From Nymphaea colorata (taxonomy: Eukaryota): 64,000 bases of DNA. Shown piece after piece: positions 60,892-64,000 of the stretch (its first letter is position 1; each line of letters opens with the position of its first letter). Below the pieces are notes generated by a model, which ran no database searches, was not told the origin of the DNA, and saw only the letters and a list, made by a program, of their open reading frames with translations. The stretch covers positions 40,114,001 to 40,178,000 of the forward strand of contig NC_045138.2 in the NCBI RefSeq assembly GCF_008831285.2, read 5' to 3'. The position numbers were made by a program, and so were the translations under genes.

Positions 60892-62917
60892 ATGGCGCAA
60901 CTCCCGCCCAAGTGCCCTCCCCTGCCGGTGGAACCCAACCACCGTCCTTCCCACGCCAATGCGATGACGGCCTGCTGGGTCGACGAGTTCCTCGACTTCT
61001 CCTCCGCCCGGCGAGGCCTCCACCGCCGGACCCTCAGCGACTCCGTCGCCTTCTACGAGGACCCGCCCCCGATCGCGACCGAGAGCTTCGATCGCCTCGA
61101 CGACCACCAGCTCCTGTCCATGTTCTCCGACGACGCCGCCGGCGCCTCCAACCCCTCATCGCCGTCCGACCACAATAGCGCGAACGAGAACGGAGGCAGC
61201 GGCGGAGGGAGCAATGGCGCGGCCCGCGACGCCGACGAGAAGCCGGAGGTGCAGAGTGCGTGCAGGCAGGGCGAGGGGGAGAGCGGTCCGACGCCGGAGG
61301 CTGCCGGGGCTGCGTCCAACGGCCCCAGCATCGACCCGAAGCGAGTCAAACGGTACGTCTCGGTGGCCCGAAGCCGGCTAAACGATTCCGATTTTCCGTG
61401 AAATGACGAGAATGCACTTGCAGGATATTGGCGAACCGGCAGTCGGCTCAGCGGTCGCGAGTGAGGAAGCTGCAGTACATCTCGGAGCTGGAGAGAAGCG
61501 TTACATCTCTACAGGTGAGAGGGTTTTTTTGGCATTTCACTCACGATTCAGGCACAGAGATTCCATGGACACCCGCCAATGGACGTAAACGCCCATGGCG
61601 GAAATCCAAATGACGGGATCGTCCTCGGGAATCGGTGATGACGATGGCAGTTGATCCTGAGATCGAAATGCTACCTTATATCCCGACCGTCACCCGTTCG
61701 GCAATTTATCCGGTTAACAAAACGCCGTTAAAAATAGAAAAATATCGCAAAAGAACCGACTACGTCGACATTGTCCTCCGATTCATCCAACGCTTGTGTT
61801 TTTACGCGTTTTCATCCTTCGAACTCTTGATCCTTTTCGCAAGACTGAAAGAGAGAAAAGGCCCAAAGAAAAGGCAGATCAGTAAATCACGTTAAACTGT
61901 TTCCCACTGTCTCCACGGCCCAAATGGAGACGGTGGTCCATTCTTTTTCTTCGTATATATGTACACCTTTCTCTTCTTTTTCTTTTCCATTGGGTCCCAT
62001 GTAAATAAATTCCTGCCTTACTTCAAAAGTCTAGAAAATTACCAACTGTAAAGCTATGGATCCATAGGGTAGTTAGTTATCTAGTGGTTATTTCTTTTCT
62101 CACTTTATCATTTCTAATACTTTCATTCCTTCATTTATTTATTCTACCTTTTTTTTTTTTCAGTCGGAGGTATCGGCATTGTCCCCCAGGGTGGCGTTTT
62201 TAGACCACCAGCGGCTTGTTCTCAACGTGGACAACAGCGCCCTCAAGCAACGGATAGCTGTTCTCGCTCAAGACAAGCTCTTTAAGGATGGTAATTAACT
62301 CTTTCGATCAACTTTCTACCTACTTTTCCTTAATCATCAAGTCTAGATCGCTATGAACTCGAGAATTCAGAAGTTGAGAAATAAAATGTACACCAAAATG
62401 CTGGATTGAACGTTTCTAGGCGTACTTAGAATACGAAATATTATTCTGCTATATGGCGAAGTCATGTTGGTCACGTTTAATACGACGTAACTTTCGGATA
62501 GAAAATTGGGTTCACGTTGCAGAACAGCAGAGGGTAAGAAAAATCTTTGCAGCTGTGCCTTTCGGTCATGAAAGCTGTGACCACAGGTCACAAGGCAACA
62601 CGCGATGAACGACCAACTTCACGAATTTTCAAAATTTTTTGTTAGTAATACATGTGGTTAATTTTCATGAGTTCTCTCCGGTGATCCCGTTTTGATGGTG
62701 TTTGATTCATAAAATTGCCACATTGTCTATTACAATATATATATTATACACACACACGCCTCTGACTCTAACCTCTCGCACCATGATTTATGCAGCACAC
62801 CAAGAGGCGCTAAAGAAGGAGATAGAGAGATTAAGGATGGTGTATCATCAGCAAAACTTGAAGAAGAGCAACACGCATTCTGATAATAACCCTACTCAGG
62901 ATATTGAATTGCTGTAA
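60892..62917 (+). CDS. bZIP61: Group E bZIP transcription factor (bZIP34/bZIP61-like), 266 aa
   Basis: Exons 60892-61352, 61424-61514, 62164-62290 and 62796-62917 (GT-AG, frame consistent). Motifs [135 protein letters not shown]. Confidence 0.94.
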
Positions 62918-63473
62918 CTGATGCCCCAGCCATCATCACAAGGAAAAAAGAAAAGGTTGGCCCTTTGCTCAAGGACACATCAGGGTTCTGACTTTTCAAA
63001 ATAAAACCATGGGAGAGCGGAGGTAATGGTAGGGTGTCTAGTGACAAAGAAACGTAGGAGAAGGAAGGCTTCTGCGTAAGGTTAGCAGGGTCGAATTCTG
63101 TTTCTTTTTGTATGGATTGGATTGGATTTTGGGAAGGGAAATAAGAGGAGGAGGATGGTTAATTCTTAAAATGTATTTAGCTTTTCTTTTTTCATGCATG
63201 GTCCAGTGGGTTGGGAAGACACATGGGGTAAAAGTAGACACAGGATCAGGTCATCTTATGTTTTTGCACCAGAGATGAGGGATGTTGGTGGTGTTTTTCA
63301 TTGTCAACTACATGTGGTGACTTGATCTGTTCTGTTGAGTGAAGTGGATTGCCGGCGTAGGAGAAGGGTCCAGTAAGAACGTGTCATGTGTGGTGTGGAA
63401 TGTCCATAGGGCTGCTGGGTTCCTGTGTATGGTTGTACTTATCAATGGGTCAAATAATAATGCAACGGGACTG

Positions 63474-63494
63474 CTCTCTCTCTCTCTCTCTCTC
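63474..63494. repeat. (CT)n microsatellite
   Basis: About 10 CT units. Confidence 0.9.
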
Positions 63495-64000
63495 TTTCAC
63501 TCTCTCCTCTCTTGGTAGATGACTCAGTCTTATTTGTCATCTATTCACGATAAACTTTCCGCAGATTCCTGTGAAAGTCTACAGTCCAAGACAGAAAAGG
63601 AAGTGAAATCTGCCATCTCAGGCACCACATATGAACGAGTGATTGTTGATATCATAGGTAGTGTGGTCCCGTAACCTGCAATCAAAAGTGAGGAAGTAAC
63701 AGCAGTGATTCTTCAGCCTGTGAAACCTTTCACCTCAACATGTGACAAGAACAGACATGGTTCTTTATCTCGCTTTTCCACTCATCAACACTCTTCTTTC
63801 CTGGGTCAAGTGAAACCGGCTACTGTCATTCCAAATTGCTGAGAAGGAGATGTCAAGGAAACCGCAAGCTCACACCCACGGGGTTCACAAGGAGAGACAA
63901 GTTTTCCCGTGGTTCGGCTTCATCATCTAAACAGAACAGCCATCAATGAGATTTTTCATTAGAATTTTTTTTGCCGGTAGACATTTTTTTGGTCCAAGGC

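Noticed and set aside
2380..63670. Scattered GTGGTCC/GGACCAC class II TCP sites
   Set aside because: Roughly eight dispersed 7-mers with no clustering at a promoter, not distinguishable from background by eye.

Overview
Plant (angiosperm) nuclear DNA. It is gene-sparse, with AT-rich intergenic DNA, GA/CT microsatellites and GC-rich first exons. Five protein-coding genes could be assembled by hand: a CIN-clade TCP4-like transcription factor with a miR319 site (+, 10293-11471); an IQD9/10-like IQ67 protein (-, 5 coding exons, 25222-29624); a PDCB5-like GPI-anchored X8 protein (+, 36726-38610); a SPOROCYTELESS/TIE/SPEAR-family EAR repressor (+, 49090-50693); and a group-E bZIP34/61-like factor (+, 60892-62917). 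RNA genes are an intron-containing tRNA-Tyr(GUA) and two identical tandem tRNA-Ile(UAU) genes. Mobile and foreign DNA comprises a tRNA-derived SINE with a perfect 16-bp TSD plus a decayed second copy, several hAT- and Tourist-like MITEs (one nested), a 170-bp solo LTR, and a decayed plastid psaA fragment (NUPT). The best leads are: (i) a 74-codon in-frame, CUG-led His/Gln-rich extension upstream of the TCP AUG, among several uORFs; (ii) physical linkage of the CIN-TCP gene with a member of the family that represses CIN-TCPs; (iii) an unexplained splice-site-rich minus-strand unit at about 20.5-23.6 kb; (iv) the tRNA-Ile pair directly upstream of the IQD promoter. No prokaryote-style system (CRISPR, operon) is present. 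All family calls come from motif recognition, not database searches.
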